This document shows, one piece after another, positions 9,190 through 19,928 of a stretch of 64,000 nt of DNA. Under the pieces are notes generated by a model. It worked only from the letters and a program-made list of their open reading frames with translations. It had not been told where the DNA came from and did not search any database. The DNA lies in IMG/VR virus record IMGVR_UViG_3300043448_001007, positions 1 to 64,000 of that record; one strand, given 5' to 3'. This stretch comes from a virus. The first letter of the stretch is position 1, and each line of letters begins with the position of its first letter. Both the position numbers and the translations under genes were made by a program.

Positions 9190-12100
9190 ATGGCTCAAAA
9201 TAAAGGAACTTTATTAGTATCACCCATTAGACCAATTAATGGTGATTTAAACATACCAGTAGCATATGCTGAAGAAATAAGAGGTGGTTGGCATTCTGTT
9301 GATGCTATATCGGATCGTGATCTAATTAGTGAGGGTAGAAGAAAATTTGGAATGATTGTTTATGTTAAAAACGATGATAAATTCTTCCAATTAAAACAAA
9401 CTAATTCACCATCACTAAATGATAATTTAAACTGGAACCAAATTAATTTAGTTCAATCCGGTAGTGAGTGGGTAAATTCTGTTTTATCAAAACAAGGAAC
9501 TCCACCGATGTCTCCATCCAATGGGGATAGATATCTTATTGATGTTGGTACTGGAGTTTGGACAGCTCATAGTAATAAAATTGCTGAATATTTAAATACA
9601 TCCTGGATATATACAACACCAACTGAAGGAATGACTGTTCGGATTGATAATGAACCCGGTCCAATCTATTCCTATTTGGGTGGAATCTGGACAAAACAGG
9701 AATTTGTAGGAGATGCTCAATATCCTTATTATATAGTTCCAAATAGTGCAAATTTAAATGTTGCCACTGGTTCTGAATATTTAATATATGGTGATTTAAC
9801 TTTAAATGGGAATATTAATAATAATGGTAAAGTTGTTGTATTAAATGGAAGTATAAGTGGTGGTGGAACAATCAGTGGATCTGGATTAATACAACAAGTT
9901 AATTTATTAACTGATGTTATAGCTGGTCCTGGTATAACTATTTCATCAACATCTTCATTAACCAGAACAGTATCAACTAATATTATTGCTGGGACTGGGA
10001 TTTATATTTCAAATAATGGTAATCAATTAGATATATCATCTCTTCCACAATTAGTTTCACCGAGTTATGTTATTCAAGCTAATGAGAAAATAGTAGTTCC
10101 AGATTGGAAAGAATATTTTATCTATGGAGATTTAACTGTTTATGGAGAGTTAGATATTGCAGATGATGGTAAGGTGGTAGTTGTAAATGGTAACTTTATA
10201 TCAGCTACTGGGGCTACGGTTACTAATATGGGTAATATTGAGTTATATCAGTTAGTAACAGTGGCTGATGATAATTTAAAAGTTGATATAACTGAAATAA
10301 GATATGGTTCCGCTGGTAGAATTTTATATGAAAGTCCCCTAAAATGGGTTCCATTGTATGGTACTTATGCTAGAGTATTAACTGAAGACTCTAATTTTGT
10401 TTATACAACATCTAGTGCTTATTTAACATCAACAGCTTCATCTTTTGAAAATTATATGGGTGTGGGTACATCAGATCCGTTAAAAAAATTACACATTCAT
10501 AATTCTGGATTATTAATTGATGGTAGTGTTAGTGAACAAGAGTCTGGGTTAGGTGATCCAAATTTTGCTAGATTAGTAATTGATTCAGAATCTTCAGAAT
10601 TACATTCATTAATTGATGCTAGAAATGATTATGGAACAGTTTTACATGTTAAAGGTAATATTGAGGGTGGTAATAGATTTCCAAGTGTTAGTATAGGAAC
10701 ACCATCTACAACTGGATTATTTCAAGTCAATGATTATTATGGGTTAAATAGTTTATTTATTAATAGAACTGGTGATATTGGTTTACATACCTTAAGTCCA
10801 AGTTTTAGTACACATATTGTGGGTGATGTTCGATTGGATTTGGGTGGTGATTCTAATTATGATATGTTTATCCGAGGAACTAATTCTAAATTAGAAAGAA
10901 TACCACATGGATTACCTAATCAAGTATTTAAAATTCCAGCGGATGGTGCCACACCATCCTGGTCAAACTTTAGTGGTGGGGGTAGTAGTGCAAGTGTATC
11001 TATTGATACTAATGAAATTGCTTTTGGTACCGGAACTGGGATCACAAGTTCTAATAGTTTTAGATTTTATTCAAGCTCTAATAGTTTAAATTCTGGATAT
11101 AATAGTGGAATGACCTTTTCATATTGTTCATCAATTTTAGGTGGTCAATCTAATTGTATATCTGCTTCACAGATGTCATCTATTATCGGAGGATCTAATA
11201 ATAATGTTAAGGTATGTAGTCAAAGATCATCTATTATAGGTGGTCAGTGTAATACCATTGGTACACAATCTCAACAGTCTGTTATATTGGGTGGGTATTG
11301 TAACTGTATCCAATATTCTAACAAATCGATAATTGGTGGTGGTGAATATAATAGTATGAATAGCTCTATATTTTCTTCAATAATCAGTGGTTTTCAAAAT
11401 AAAATATTAAATGCTTCTCAATATTCATCAATAATTGGAGGTAGAGATAATAAAACATGCACATCATCATTTTCTGTATTAATTGGTGGTAGAAATAATA
11501 CAATATCATCATCTAGTTGTTCTAATAGTATAGGTGGATATTCTAATAATATAAATTCAATAAATTCTTCAATAATAAATGGTTCATATAATACCATTAA
11601 TAATGGATCTGATAGGTCTCTAATTTCAGGCGGATCTTATAATATTATAACTAACGGTTCATCAAACTCTTTAATTATAAATGGATTAAATAACACTATT
11701 ATGAATGGATCACTTAATAGTTCAATTATGGTGGGGTCTAATAATATAATGTGTAATGGTGCATGTTGTTCACTTATTATCGGATCGAACAACAGTGATA
11801 TGAATAATGGTGTTATGAGATCAGTTATAATAAGTTCCAATCTCAGTAAAATACAAAATGGTGCCTGTGACTCAATAATTAATGGTGGTACATGTCATCG
11901 AATTTGTTTTGGATCACAAAATACATTCATAGGTGGTGGATTTATGAATGACGCTTGTGGAGTTGAAAGTTCATCTATTATTGGTGGACATAATAATCAA
12001 ATTACATGTAATACCAAATCTTCGATAATGGGAGGACATTGTAATTATATATTAGTAAGTGATCAATCTTCAATAATAGGTGGTAAATATAATATTATAT

Positions 12101-12846
12101 CATGGACATCTAGCAATTCATCTATTATAGGTGGTTGTTATAATACAATGACAGCATCTGCATACTCATCATCAATAATTGGTGGTAATAATAATTATAA
12201 TCGATCTGCTATATCATCCATAATAGGTGGTAGATCTAATAGTATCATATTATCAAACTATTCATCAATTATAGGTGGTTTATGTAATACGATGACAACA
12301 TCATCAAAATATTCATCAATATTAGGCGGTTATAAAAATAATATGACACAGACAACTGATTCATTGGTATTTGGTAGATGTAATATAGTTACATCATCTA
12401 ATAATACATCGATATTAGGTGGATTTCGTAACTGTATAATATCATCTAACTCATCTCCTATACTCGGTGGTTATTTTAATAGTATACTATCATCATCCAT
12501 ATTTTCATCTATGATTGGTGGATATTGTGGAAGCATCTCATCATCAAATTATTCATCAATTATTGGTGGTAAGTTTAATAGTATGACACAATCCAGTGCA
12601 TCAGCAATATTATCATCTTGTAACATTAGATTGGTAAATTCTTGTAATACTAATATTCTGGGTATTAATAGTATATCTGGTCTTACATTCTCAAATAGAT
12701 GTAATGATACGATTGTTCAAGATTTTGTTGTGACAGGTTCAATGTCTACCATTATTTCATCCAACGAATTTTTTGGTATAACTGGAACATTCTCCTCACC
12801 GACTCAAATAGTTGTTAAGAATGGTATCATTATCAGTATAACATAA
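9190..12846 (+). CDS. Fibre/adhesin-like protein with DUF2793-like domain and a long 14-aa SSIIGGxxN repeat region
   Basis: PP.SP.NGDRYLI..GTG.W..H.NKIAEY...W.Y..P.EG; dozens of SSIIGG..N.I repeats in the C-terminal half. Confidence 0.7.
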   Translation: MAQNKGTLLVSPIRPINGDLNIPVAYAEEIRGGWHSVDAISDRDLISEGRRKFGMIVYVKNDDKFFQLKQTNSPSLNDNLNWNQINLVQSGSEWVNSVLSKQGTPPMSPSNGDRYLIDVGTGVWTAHSNKIAEYLNTSWIYTTPTEGMTVRIDNEPGPIYSYLGGIWTKQEFVGDAQYPYYIVPNSANLNVATGSEYLIYGDLTLNGNINNNGKVVVLNGSISGGGTISGSGLIQQVNLLTDVIAGPGITISSTSSLTRTVSTNIIAGTGIYISNNGNQLDISSLPQLVSPSYVIQANEKIVVPDWKEYFIYGDLTVYGELDIADDGKVVVVNGNFISATGATVTNMGNIELYQLVTVADDNLKVDITEIRYGSAGRILYESPLKWVPLYGTYARVLTEDSNFVYTTSSAYLTSTASSFENYMGVGTSDPLKKLHIHNSGLLIDGSVSEQESGLGDPNFARLVIDSESSELHSLIDARNDYGTVLHVKGNIEGGNRFPSVSIGTPSTTGLFQVNDYYGLNSLFINRTGDIGLHTLSPSFSTHIVGDVRLDLGGDSNYDMFIRGTNSKLERIPHGLPNQVFKIPADGATPSWSNFSGGGSSASVSIDTNEIAFGTGTGITSSNSFRFYSSSNSLNSGYNSGMTFSYCSSILGGQSNCISASQMSSIIGGSNNNVKVCSQRSSIIGGQCNTIGTQSQQSVILGGYCNCIQYSNKSIIGGGEYNSMNSSIFSSIISGFQNKILNASQYSSIIGGRDNKTCTSSFSVLIGGRNNTISSSSCSNSIGGYSNNINSINSSIINGSYNTINNGSDRSLISGGSYNIITNGSSNSLIINGLNNTIMNGSLNSSIMVGSNNIMCNGACCSLIIGSNNSDMNNGVMRSVIISSNLSKIQNGACDSIINGGTCHRICFGSQNTFIGGGFMNDACGVESSSIIGGHNNQITCNTKSSIMGGHCNYILVSDQSSIIGGKYNIISWTSSNSSIIGGCYNTMTASAYSSSIIGGNNNYNRSAISSIIGGRSNSIILSNYSSIIGGLCNTMTTSSKYSSILGGYKNNMTQTTDSLVFGRCNIVTSSNNTSILGGFRNCIISSNSSPILGGYFNSILSSSIFSSMIGGYCGSISSSNYSSIIGGKFNSMTQSSASAILSSCNIRLVNSCNTNILGINSISGLTFSNRCNDTIVQDFVVTGSMSTIISSNEFFGITGTFSSPTQIVVKNGIIISIT
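11122..12600 (+). repeat. Coding tandem repeat of about 14-15 aa (SSIIGGxxNx[IM])
   Basis: Recurrent tcatc(t/a)at(t/a)at(t/a)ggtgg with about 42-45 nt period. Confidence 0.85.
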
Positions 12847-12848
12847 TA

Positions 12849-12874
12849 AAAAAACCTCTTTAAAGAGGTTTTTT
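12849..12874. terminator. Bidirectional terminator
   Basis: Palindrome aaaaaacctcttt/aaagaggtttttt overlapping the stop of the convergent gene. Confidence 0.75.
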
Positions 12875-13159
12875 CGTTTTAATAGTAATTATATTGTCTA
12901 ATGTAAAATCATTAAGTGGTTTTCCACCATTTCGAATGTAGTCATCATATTCAGTGGAATTAATAAAGTCATTTAATAATTCTTGATAATCCTCCAACAT
13001 ATATACCTTACCATCATAAGTAATTGTATCTAAGCTTAATCCAGTACTTGGAAATTTTGGTCTTCCATACATAGGACCAACATCTCCAAAAAATGGTGCT
13101 CCAGAACCTTCTAAAAATTGTTTAAAATTATTTACTTTCGATTTTCTCATAAAATTCAT
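12860..13159 (-). CDS. Hypothetical protein with CTS-like N-terminus
   Basis: MRKSKVNNFKQFLEG. Confidence 0.6.
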   Translation of the reverse strand: MNFMRKSKVNNFKQFLEGSGAPFFGDVGPMYGRPKFPSTGLSLDTITYDGKVYMLEDYQELLNDFINSTEYDDYIRNGGKPLNDFTLDNIITIKTKKPL

Positions 13160-13577
13160 CCTCAGATTCTAAGGAGTATAAATCCTTTTTATTATTATAT
13201 ATTAAGTTATAAAGAAAATTATCACCTAATTCATAAACTACATTATTTTTTAAAACTAATTGACAATCACCTTGAAAATTATTATTAATTGATATAATTT
13301 GGGAATTAATTCTACCATCTTTATCTTCTAAATTACAAATAATTTTCTTTTTGGATATAATGTATTTAACTCTTTCAACTATATTCTCTTTTGATAATAG
13401 TTTATAATCTTTATACTCTTCTACTAATTCATTTTCATAGTTTTTGAGAAACAATTTCTCTCGTTCTGATAATGATATTTTTTTGGAAACCTTATCCAAA
13501 ATTAGATTCAATTTAATTTCCTTGAAAGAATCTCGAATCTGACTAAAGGGTAGTTTAAACTTTACCATATTAGACAC
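13128..13577 (-). CDS. Hypothetical protein with a short helical motif (LNLILDKVS..SLSEREKLFL)
   Basis: 149-aa ORF; TAATATATA at 13598-13606 (minus). Confidence 0.65.
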   Translation of the reverse strand: MSNMVKFKLPFSQIRDSFKEIKLNLILDKVSKKISLSEREKLFLKNYENELVEEYKDYKLLSKENIVERVKYIISKKKIICNLEDKDGRINSQIISINNNFQGDCQLVLKNNVVYELGDNFLYNLIYNNKKDLYSLESEDEFYEKIESK

Positions 13578-13664
13578 TTATTTTTTAAATAATACCATAT
13601 ATATTAAAAATATAACTTAAAGATATGAAATATTTAATATATATGATAATAAATTATTTTATTT

Positions 13665-16328
13665 ATGGATAAACAATTATTAGATGCATTAGATAACCTA
13701 TCATTTGCTTTAGATGAGATTGCAAAAGCACTTAATTCAAAAAATGGTGAATCTCAATCATCGGTTGGGAGTGCTTTACAAAGTGGTGATTTTTCCAATC
13801 AAATGGTGGAGATAGGTAAAGGAATTCAATCTATAAAAGAGGACACAAAGAAGATTTTAGAAAATCAAAATACTATTCTAAATATGCAAAAAGAAAAAGA
13901 TTCTAAAAAAACTGATGTTTTTGAAGAGTCGGGTCAAAAAAAGAATAGTATTAAAGATGGTGTTGTATCTGTCTTATTAATAGCTGGGGCTGTTTTAGCA
14001 ATAGGAACTGCATTCAGTCTTTTAGGTGATGTTGATTGGAAAACTGTAATTTCATTATCAATTTCCCTACCCTTATTAGCTATGGCTTTTGAGAAAATAT
14101 CAACTATGAAGGATTTATCATATAAAAATATGATTAATCTATTCTTAATAACAACAACTATGTCGATGGCTGTATTAGCATCATCTTATATATTATCAGG
14201 GGTTAAACCAGTTGGGGCTTCTCAATTATTAACAGTTGTTTTAATAGCGGCTTCATTCTCGTTAATATCTTTTAATGTTGGTAAATTAGTAACAGCTTTT
14301 AGTTCTATCTCAACAACCGATGCTATTAAATCATCTTTCTTAATGCCCTTATTACTTACATCTGTTTCAATGGCTATTGCGGCTTCTTCATACTTTTTAG
14401 ATATGGTTAAACCAATTGGATTATCACAGGCCATTACATCAATTCTTATCGCTGGAACATTTACTGTTTTGGGATATGGTGTTGGTAAGTTATTAGAGTC
14501 ATTTAAAGGTATATCTGTAAATGATGCTATATCAGCTTCTTTCTTAATACCTATTTTATTAGTTTCAATATCATATGCTATATCCCTTTCATCATCATTA
14601 TTAGCTGGTGTAACACCAATTGGATTATCACAAGCCATTACCTCTATTTTAATTGCTGCTACATTTACTGTAATATCTTATGGAGTTGGTCAATTATTAA
14701 AAGGATTTAATGGTATATCAGCTTCTGATGCTATGTTAGCTTCCTTAACTTTACCACTTTTATTAGTTGGTATTTCAGCGGCTATTGTTGGATCATCTTA
14801 TTTAATAAAAAATATCCAAGATGTTAGTATGTCACAATTAATAACCTTCTTTGGAATAGGATTAACATTATCAGTTGTTGGTATTATAATGGGAGTTGCA
14901 TTAAAAGTTATTAGTAAGATCGGAAAGCCAGAAGAATTCTTCGAAGGTGCTATATCTACTGTTTTTATCGCGGGTGCTATTGCTATATCTTCACATATTA
15001 TCGCTATGGGTAATTATACTGGAAACTTCCCCCCATTGGATTGGTCAATTGGGGTTGGATTAAGTTTAATTATTTTTTCATTACCAGTTTGGTTTTTGGG
15101 TAAAATGGGTGTTAGTGATATTATTAAAGGAACAATTGCCGCTGTTTTGGTATCTGGGTCTATTATGGTATCATCATTAATTCTTGAAATGGGATCTTAT
15201 AAAAAATATCCATCTTTAGATTGGGCATTGGGTGTTGGTCTAAGTTTGGGGGCTTTTGGATTAGCTGCTGTTTTACTTGGAGCCGTTGCTCTATCTCCTA
15301 CTTTTTATATGGGATTGGGAGCGGTTCTATTAGTTGCTGGATCAATAGTAGCAACATCTTATATTTTAGAGTCCGGATCTTATAAAAAATATCCATCATT
15401 TGAGTGGGCTAGTAGTGTTGGTTTATTGATGGCTGGATTCAGTGTTGGTATTATCGGATTAGCTTTAGCCTCACCATTCATTTTAGTTGGATCAGCTGCT
15501 ATGTTAATGTTGGGTGGAACAATCTTAGCTATTGACAAAATGTTTGAGAGTGGAAGCTTCACAAAATATCCAAGTGAAGAATGGTTTGGTGGTGTTAAGA
15601 AAACAATATTGGGTTTTATTGACTTAATGGATGTGGTGTCGATTGGGTCAGCTATTAGTGGTGCTGTATCAGATATGTTTGGTGGAGGTTTAACTGATAT
15701 TGCTGAATCTATTTTAGAAATCGATAAAGTATTTGAGGGTGGTAATTTTACAAAATATCCATCAATGGCTTGGGGTAATGGTGTTTTAAATGCTATCGCT
15801 AAGTTTAATCAAATTAAAAATGCTCTTAGTGGTGGTTCTAAATTAGGTGATATTTTTGGTGGAAATGATTTACAAAATACTGTTTCTAGTATATCACAAT
15901 TAGCAGTAGCCTTTGATAGATTAGGAAAGGCTATGTCAACTTTTGCCAACTCTATTTCATCAATTGATGAAGAAAAATTAACAGCTATAAAATCTTTATC
16001 ATCAACAGTTGTCCTAATGTCTTTATTAAATCCAGATCAATTCTCTGAAATGATGGATGCGATGGAAGAAAAATCTGGAATATTTGGTGAATTTATTGAT
16101 GAGTATAATAATAGTAGAAAAGAAGCTGAAACGGGTGGTTTCTTCTCTAGTTTTAAGTCTCCATCTTCGGATAAACCCAAAAGTGATGCTGATATTTTAG
16201 GACCTAAATTAGATAAAATGAATGCCCTATTAGCTGATATATCAACTGTTGTTGGATCAAAAGGATCATTAAAAACTTATATAAATAATAAGGGAAGAGA
16301 AGCTAATGTTTCACCAACTAAAAAGTAA
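13665..16328 (+). CDS. Probable tape measure protein
   Basis: 887 aa, helical; hydrophobic Ala/Gly/Ser-rich repeats of about 69 aa (VKPIGLSQAITSILIA) and about 61 aa (GSYKKYPS.DW). Confidence 0.55.
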   Translation: MDKQLLDALDNLSFALDEIAKALNSKNGESQSSVGSALQSGDFSNQMVEIGKGIQSIKEDTKKILENQNTILNMQKEKDSKKTDVFEESGQKKNSIKDGVVSVLLIAGAVLAIGTAFSLLGDVDWKTVISLSISLPLLAMAFEKISTMKDLSYKNMINLFLITTTMSMAVLASSYILSGVKPVGASQLLTVVLIAASFSLISFNVGKLVTAFSSISTTDAIKSSFLMPLLLTSVSMAIAASSYFLDMVKPIGLSQAITSILIAGTFTVLGYGVGKLLESFKGISVNDAISASFLIPILLVSISYAISLSSSLLAGVTPIGLSQAITSILIAATFTVISYGVGQLLKGFNGISASDAMLASLTLPLLLVGISAAIVGSSYLIKNIQDVSMSQLITFFGIGLTLSVVGIIMGVALKVISKIGKPEEFFEGAISTVFIAGAIAISSHIIAMGNYTGNFPPLDWSIGVGLSLIIFSLPVWFLGKMGVSDIIKGTIAAVLVSGSIMVSSLILEMGSYKKYPSLDWALGVGLSLGAFGLAAVLLGAVALSPTFYMGLGAVLLVAGSIVATSYILESGSYKKYPSFEWASSVGLLMAGFSVGIIGLALASPFILVGSAAMLMLGGTILAIDKMFESGSFTKYPSEEWFGGVKKTILGFIDLMDVVSIGSAISGAVSDMFGGGLTDIAESILEIDKVFEGGNFTKYPSMAWGNGVLNAIAKFNQIKNALSGGSKLGDIFGGNDLQNTVSSISQLAVAFDRLGKAMSTFANSISSIDEEKLTAIKSLSSTVVLMSLLNPDQFSEMMDAMEEKSGIFGEFIDEYNNSRKEAETGGFFSSFKSPSSDKPKSDADILGPKLDKMNALLADISTVVGSKGSLKTYINNKGREANVSPTKK

Positions 16329-16370
16329 AAATATTTAAAACTTTTTAATCTTTTATTATATACTTTTTAT

Positions 16371-16802
16371 ATGGAGATTTTTAATGATTATAAATTGTAT
16401 CAGTCGTATAAAAAAATAATACGACAAAATAGAGTTACTTTAGAAGCTAATTATGGAATTAGAATAGACTCAGCTAATAGACTATATACTGTAATTAATA
16501 TACCTCAATCACAAGATGATGAGGCTTATAATTTAAGAAAACAAGATATTGATAGATTAGCTGAATCTTATATTAAAGAGTATATAAATAAATTATCTTT
16601 ATATTTAAACTCAATTGGACTGGGTGAATTATATAATTTTTATGAACCAATTAAGAAGTTGGAAAAACATTCTTATTTAATTGTCCTAGGATTCTCGAAA
16701 ATAAATAGCGTTGAATTAAATCGGAATCTCTATTTTAGATTATACCCACTAATAGGAATCTCTATTTTAATTTATTTAATTATTTATTACTTCCAACATT
16801 AA
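16371..16802 (+). CDS. Hypothetical protein with C-terminal TM helix
   Basis: C-terminal LYPLIGISILIYLIIYYF. Confidence 0.7.
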   Translation: MEIFNDYKLYQSYKKIIRQNRVTLEANYGIRIDSANRLYTVINIPQSQDDEAYNLRKQDIDRLAESYIKEYINKLSLYLNSIGLGELYNFYEPIKKLEKHSYLIVLGFSKINSVELNRNLYFRLYPLIGISILIYLIIYYFQH

Positions 16803-16850
16803 ACTTTTAAATACTTTTTTCTAAAATAAAAAACAATAAAAATAAATACT

Positions 16851-17288
16851 ATGGCTAAATTTACAGAAGTATCAGATGATTTTAAAGATAGATTCTTTGA
16901 GATTTATAAATCAAAATCATTTGCAATTAATTTAAAATTTGATTTCTTAGGAAATGAAAAACAAAAAGAGTTAGTAAAAGTAAAGAAAATATCGGATGAC
17001 TATTCTTTCCGTATGGGGAAAGATATTATGGTCTATGTAAATGAAGATCTTTTTGTAGCTTTTGATGATGAATCGATCACAATCTTGATTGAACAAGAAT
17101 TAGATAAAATTCAAGTTAATTTAGATTCTGGTGTTATTAAATTAATTAAACCAGATTTAAATACTTTCTCAACTCTTATCACTAAATATGGTGTAGAGTC
17201 TGTTGGAAAAGCTAACCAAGTTCAGGAGTTATATTCCCAACAAAAGAAAGATGGAACTTTGGAAAATAAAGGTGATTTTGCCTTCTAA
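16851..17288 (+). CDS. Phage metallopeptidase-like protein, apparently lacking the His ligands
   Basis: ILIEQELDKI...LIKPDL..F..LITKYG resembles the HELxH..PHD..F...YG family. Confidence 0.45.
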   Translation: MAKFTEVSDDFKDRFFEIYKSKSFAINLKFDFLGNEKQKELVKVKKISDDYSFRMGKDIMVYVNEDLFVAFDDESITILIEQELDKIQVNLDSGVIKLIKPDLNTFSTLITKYGVESVGKANQVQELYSQQKKDGTLENKGDFAF

Positions 17289-17305
17289 AAATAAAATAAA
17301 ATAAA

Positions 17306-17935
17306 ATGTCAAAAACAGCGTTTGAAAACAGTGTAGTTAAACCAGAAACTACTTTAAGAATTGGAGAAATTGATCATAAATTAATTTCAACTGAAGATGA
17401 AGTATCATTAGATACAGCTATTAAACAAGTTGAAGAATTTATGTCAAAAAATTCGGGTGAAGGTTTAACCGAAGAAGAAAAAGATGAACTTTATGCTAAA
17501 GCCCAATCTTTATATAAAGATTATTACAAGTTAGTAAGAGATAATAGATACTCTTTCTATTTAAATAGAAGACAATATCAGTTTTTAACTGATTTAATCT
17601 TAACTAAATTAGAATATGATGTTAATAGTATTTTTATCGCAATTGAATTAACAGAAATGTTATCATCAATGAAAGATACTAAATTTAGAAATGATGATGA
17701 AGTTATTTCCTTCCAAATTACAGCAACTGAAATGACGTATATCTATCATTTGATCTCAACTCACAAAGTTAAGGGATTAACAAATACATCTTATACATTC
17801 TCACAAGTTTTAGTAAGAATTGGTGATTTATCAAAAGTTATTAATTATTATGACACTTATGCTAAAAATTTGAATACTGAAATTCAAAAATGGGCAGTGA
17901 GTTTAGGTGGTGAATTAGAAATACCTACCGAATAA
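17306..17935 (+). CDS. Hypothetical protein
   Basis: 209-aa ORF in an apparent operon. Confidence 0.7.
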   Translation: MSKTAFENSVVKPETTLRIGEIDHKLISTEDEVSLDTAIKQVEEFMSKNSGEGLTEEEKDELYAKAQSLYKDYYKLVRDNRYSFYLNRRQYQFLTDLILTKLEYDVNSIFIAIELTEMLSSMKDTKFRNDDEVISFQITATEMTYIYHLISTHKVKGLTNTSYTFSQVLVRIGDLSKVINYYDTYAKNLNTEIQKWAVSLGGELEIPTE

Positions 17936-17938
17936 TTT

Positions 17939-17968
17939 AAAAAGAGGACTAAATTTAGTCCTCTTTTT
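17939..17968. terminator. Bidirectional terminator, perfect 30-bp palindrome
   Basis: aaaaagaggactaaa/tttagtcctcttttt. Confidence 0.8.
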
Positions 17969-19253
17969 CTTTTTTATTATATTCTTTAACCTTTGGTATA
18001 TAACTTGGTGTTAAGAATTTATATAATTTTTTCAAATATTCTTCTCGATCCATCTCCACCTCTGACATACTCCACATTATATAAGCAAAATAATAAATCT
18101 TATCAATTAGAACCTCCTCTTCTATTTTATGACCAGTGTATCTAAATTCAATATATTTATACTTTTCTAAAGGAAGTAAATTCAATCCAAAGTTTTTATA
18201 AGTAAATTTGTAATCCCCATATGGAGTTTGATTGGTTAATATTTTCATGATATGTGAATTTAATAAATTTTCACACTCATTAATTTTATTATCTTTTAAT
18301 AGGTCTAAACTCTTTCCCAATAAATCCACATTATTTAATAAAACCGGCTTTAACGATCCAACATAGTCTGATTTAACCCTAGATTCCATATTTTTGAATA
18401 CATATGGTATGTGTTTTTTATCTTTCTGTAAATCATCTAAAAATAAAAGACCTTTAATTAAATTTAAATTTGAATTTTTATTAGTAAATCCTAAATTGAT
18501 ATGAATACCAGTTGTTTTTTTGAAACTAAAATGTTTATCTCTCTTCCCCTTAACATTTGGGGATGAATCATAATCAAGATAGAAGTCATGAATACAATCA
18601 ACTAACTCATTAATTGAGTTAAAATAAGTTTTATTTGATAATTCAATTCCATTGTCTAATGTATTATCCAATTCAAATTTAAATTTAGATCCCCACTTTT
18701 CAATAAAAATAGGAAACTTTCTTTTAAACTTCTTTTCCAACTGTTGAAAATTATCTGATAAATAAGATGCACACAATCCATCAAAGATATCTAAAATAAA
18801 TAGTTTATCTTTGATTGATTGAATCTCTTTTTCAATTTCAATACCACCTATTTCATCTGATTCATTTAATTCCTCTTCTAATTCACTAAACTGATCATCT
18901 AATTCAGATTTAATATCATCTATCCAACTTTCTATCTCTTCATCATCTCCACCAACATCAATAATAGTTGACAAACAATCTTCTAAAAAATCATTATTCT
19001 CTTTTGAGTCTGTATAGATAACAGATCTACTCAATTCTTTTTTAATACTATTTCTGATAATGTTTAGTAAAGTATTCTCTAAGTATTTTTGAGTATATTC
19101 TTTATCACTATGTTTAGATTTTAAATCCGTTAACATCTCTAATTCTATTTCAATAGAAGCTGTAAATAAATCCGAAACCTCATCATTTTTCATTTGAGAT
19201 AGTTTCTTAGGATTTAATTCCTCTTTTATAAATTCTATGTATTTCTTAATCAT
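17955..19253 (-). CDS. Putative amidoligase (COOH-NH2 ligase type 2) with CTS-like N-terminus
   Basis: SIEIELE; D.TL..GIELS; TTGIHINLG; YIEFRY; N-terminus MIKKYIEFIKEE. Confidence 0.7.
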   Translation of the reverse strand: MIKKYIEFIKEELNPKKLSQMKNDEVSDLFTASIEIELEMLTDLKSKHSDKEYTQKYLENTLLNIIRNSIKKELSRSVIYTDSKENNDFLEDCLSTIIDVGGDDEEIESWIDDIKSELDDQFSELEEELNESDEIGGIEIEKEIQSIKDKLFILDIFDGLCASYLSDNFQQLEKKFKRKFPIFIEKWGSKFKFELDNTLDNGIELSNKTYFNSINELVDCIHDFYLDYDSSPNVKGKRDKHFSFKKTTGIHINLGFTNKNSNLNLIKGLLFLDDLQKDKKHIPYVFKNMESRVKSDYVGSLKPVLLNNVDLLGKSLDLLKDNKINECENLLNSHIMKILTNQTPYGDYKFTYKNFGLNLLPLEKYKYIEFRYTGHKIEEEVLIDKIYYFAYIMWSMSEVEMDREEYLKKLYKFLTPSYIPKVKEYNKKEKED

Positions 19254-19277
19254 ATTCTATATATTAACTTTTAAAAA

Positions 19278-19892
19278 CTATTTTATTGGACAATGTGACG
19301 CACTATAAATAAATTTATAATCCCTTTTTATTTTAACACCTAATGATATTGCTGTTGTTTCTATATCCAAGAAACACTCACTATCAGATCCACCAACCAT
19401 TATAATTTTCCGGCCACTTAATTCAGTTAAAATATTAAATAGCTTTTTAGGACAATGATACCATTTATGATTGTTACCGATATAAACAATAATAGTTCCT
19501 TCCTTTGTATCAAAATAATCTCCTCTTTTCAACTTCTTATTAATTTCTAAATCTTTAACTTTTTTATATGTTTCATTATCAAGTACTTTTTTATAAAAAT
19601 CTATATTAACATTATAGTTATATCTTTTCTCAATTAAATCAACTTGATTTGGAAAATGGTATAAGTCACTATGAACTGGTATATCTGGATTTTCATCATA
19701 TAAATAATCTTTATCAACCGATTTCCCGTCGATATGATTATCCCATATTTGATATACCTTGGAAAATTCTTGACAATATTTATTCAATTCATATAAATAC
19801 TTTTCATTAAAGAACTTTCGGAAAGATTTTTGAACATCAACTATAAATAAAATAGATTCATTATTAAAATCTTCAAATAATTTAATTTTCAT
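19278..19892 (-). CDS. Cysteine hydrolase (isochorismatase/nicotinamidase fold) with CTS-like N-terminus
   Basis: LFIVDVQ.SF; IEK.Y; MVGG.DSEC; N-terminus MKIKLFEDFNNES. Confidence 0.7.
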   Translation of the reverse strand: MKIKLFEDFNNESILFIVDVQKSFRKFFNEKYLYELNKYCQEFSKVYQIWDNHIDGKSVDKDYLYDENPDIPVHSDLYHFPNQVDLIEKRYNYNVNIDFYKKVLDNETYKKVKDLEINKKLKRGDYFDTKEGTIIVYIGNNHKWYHCPKKLFNILTELSGRKIIMVGGSDSECFLDIETTAISLGVKIKRDYKFIYSASHCPIK

Positions 19893-19928
19893 ATTGTATA
19901 TATTAAATTTTTTTACTATATTTGTAAT

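Noticed and set aside
3760-15562. Short antisense or nested ORFs inside the fibre, uvsX and tape-measure genes
   Set aside because: Expected shadows of repetitive coding sequence, with no motifs or expression signals
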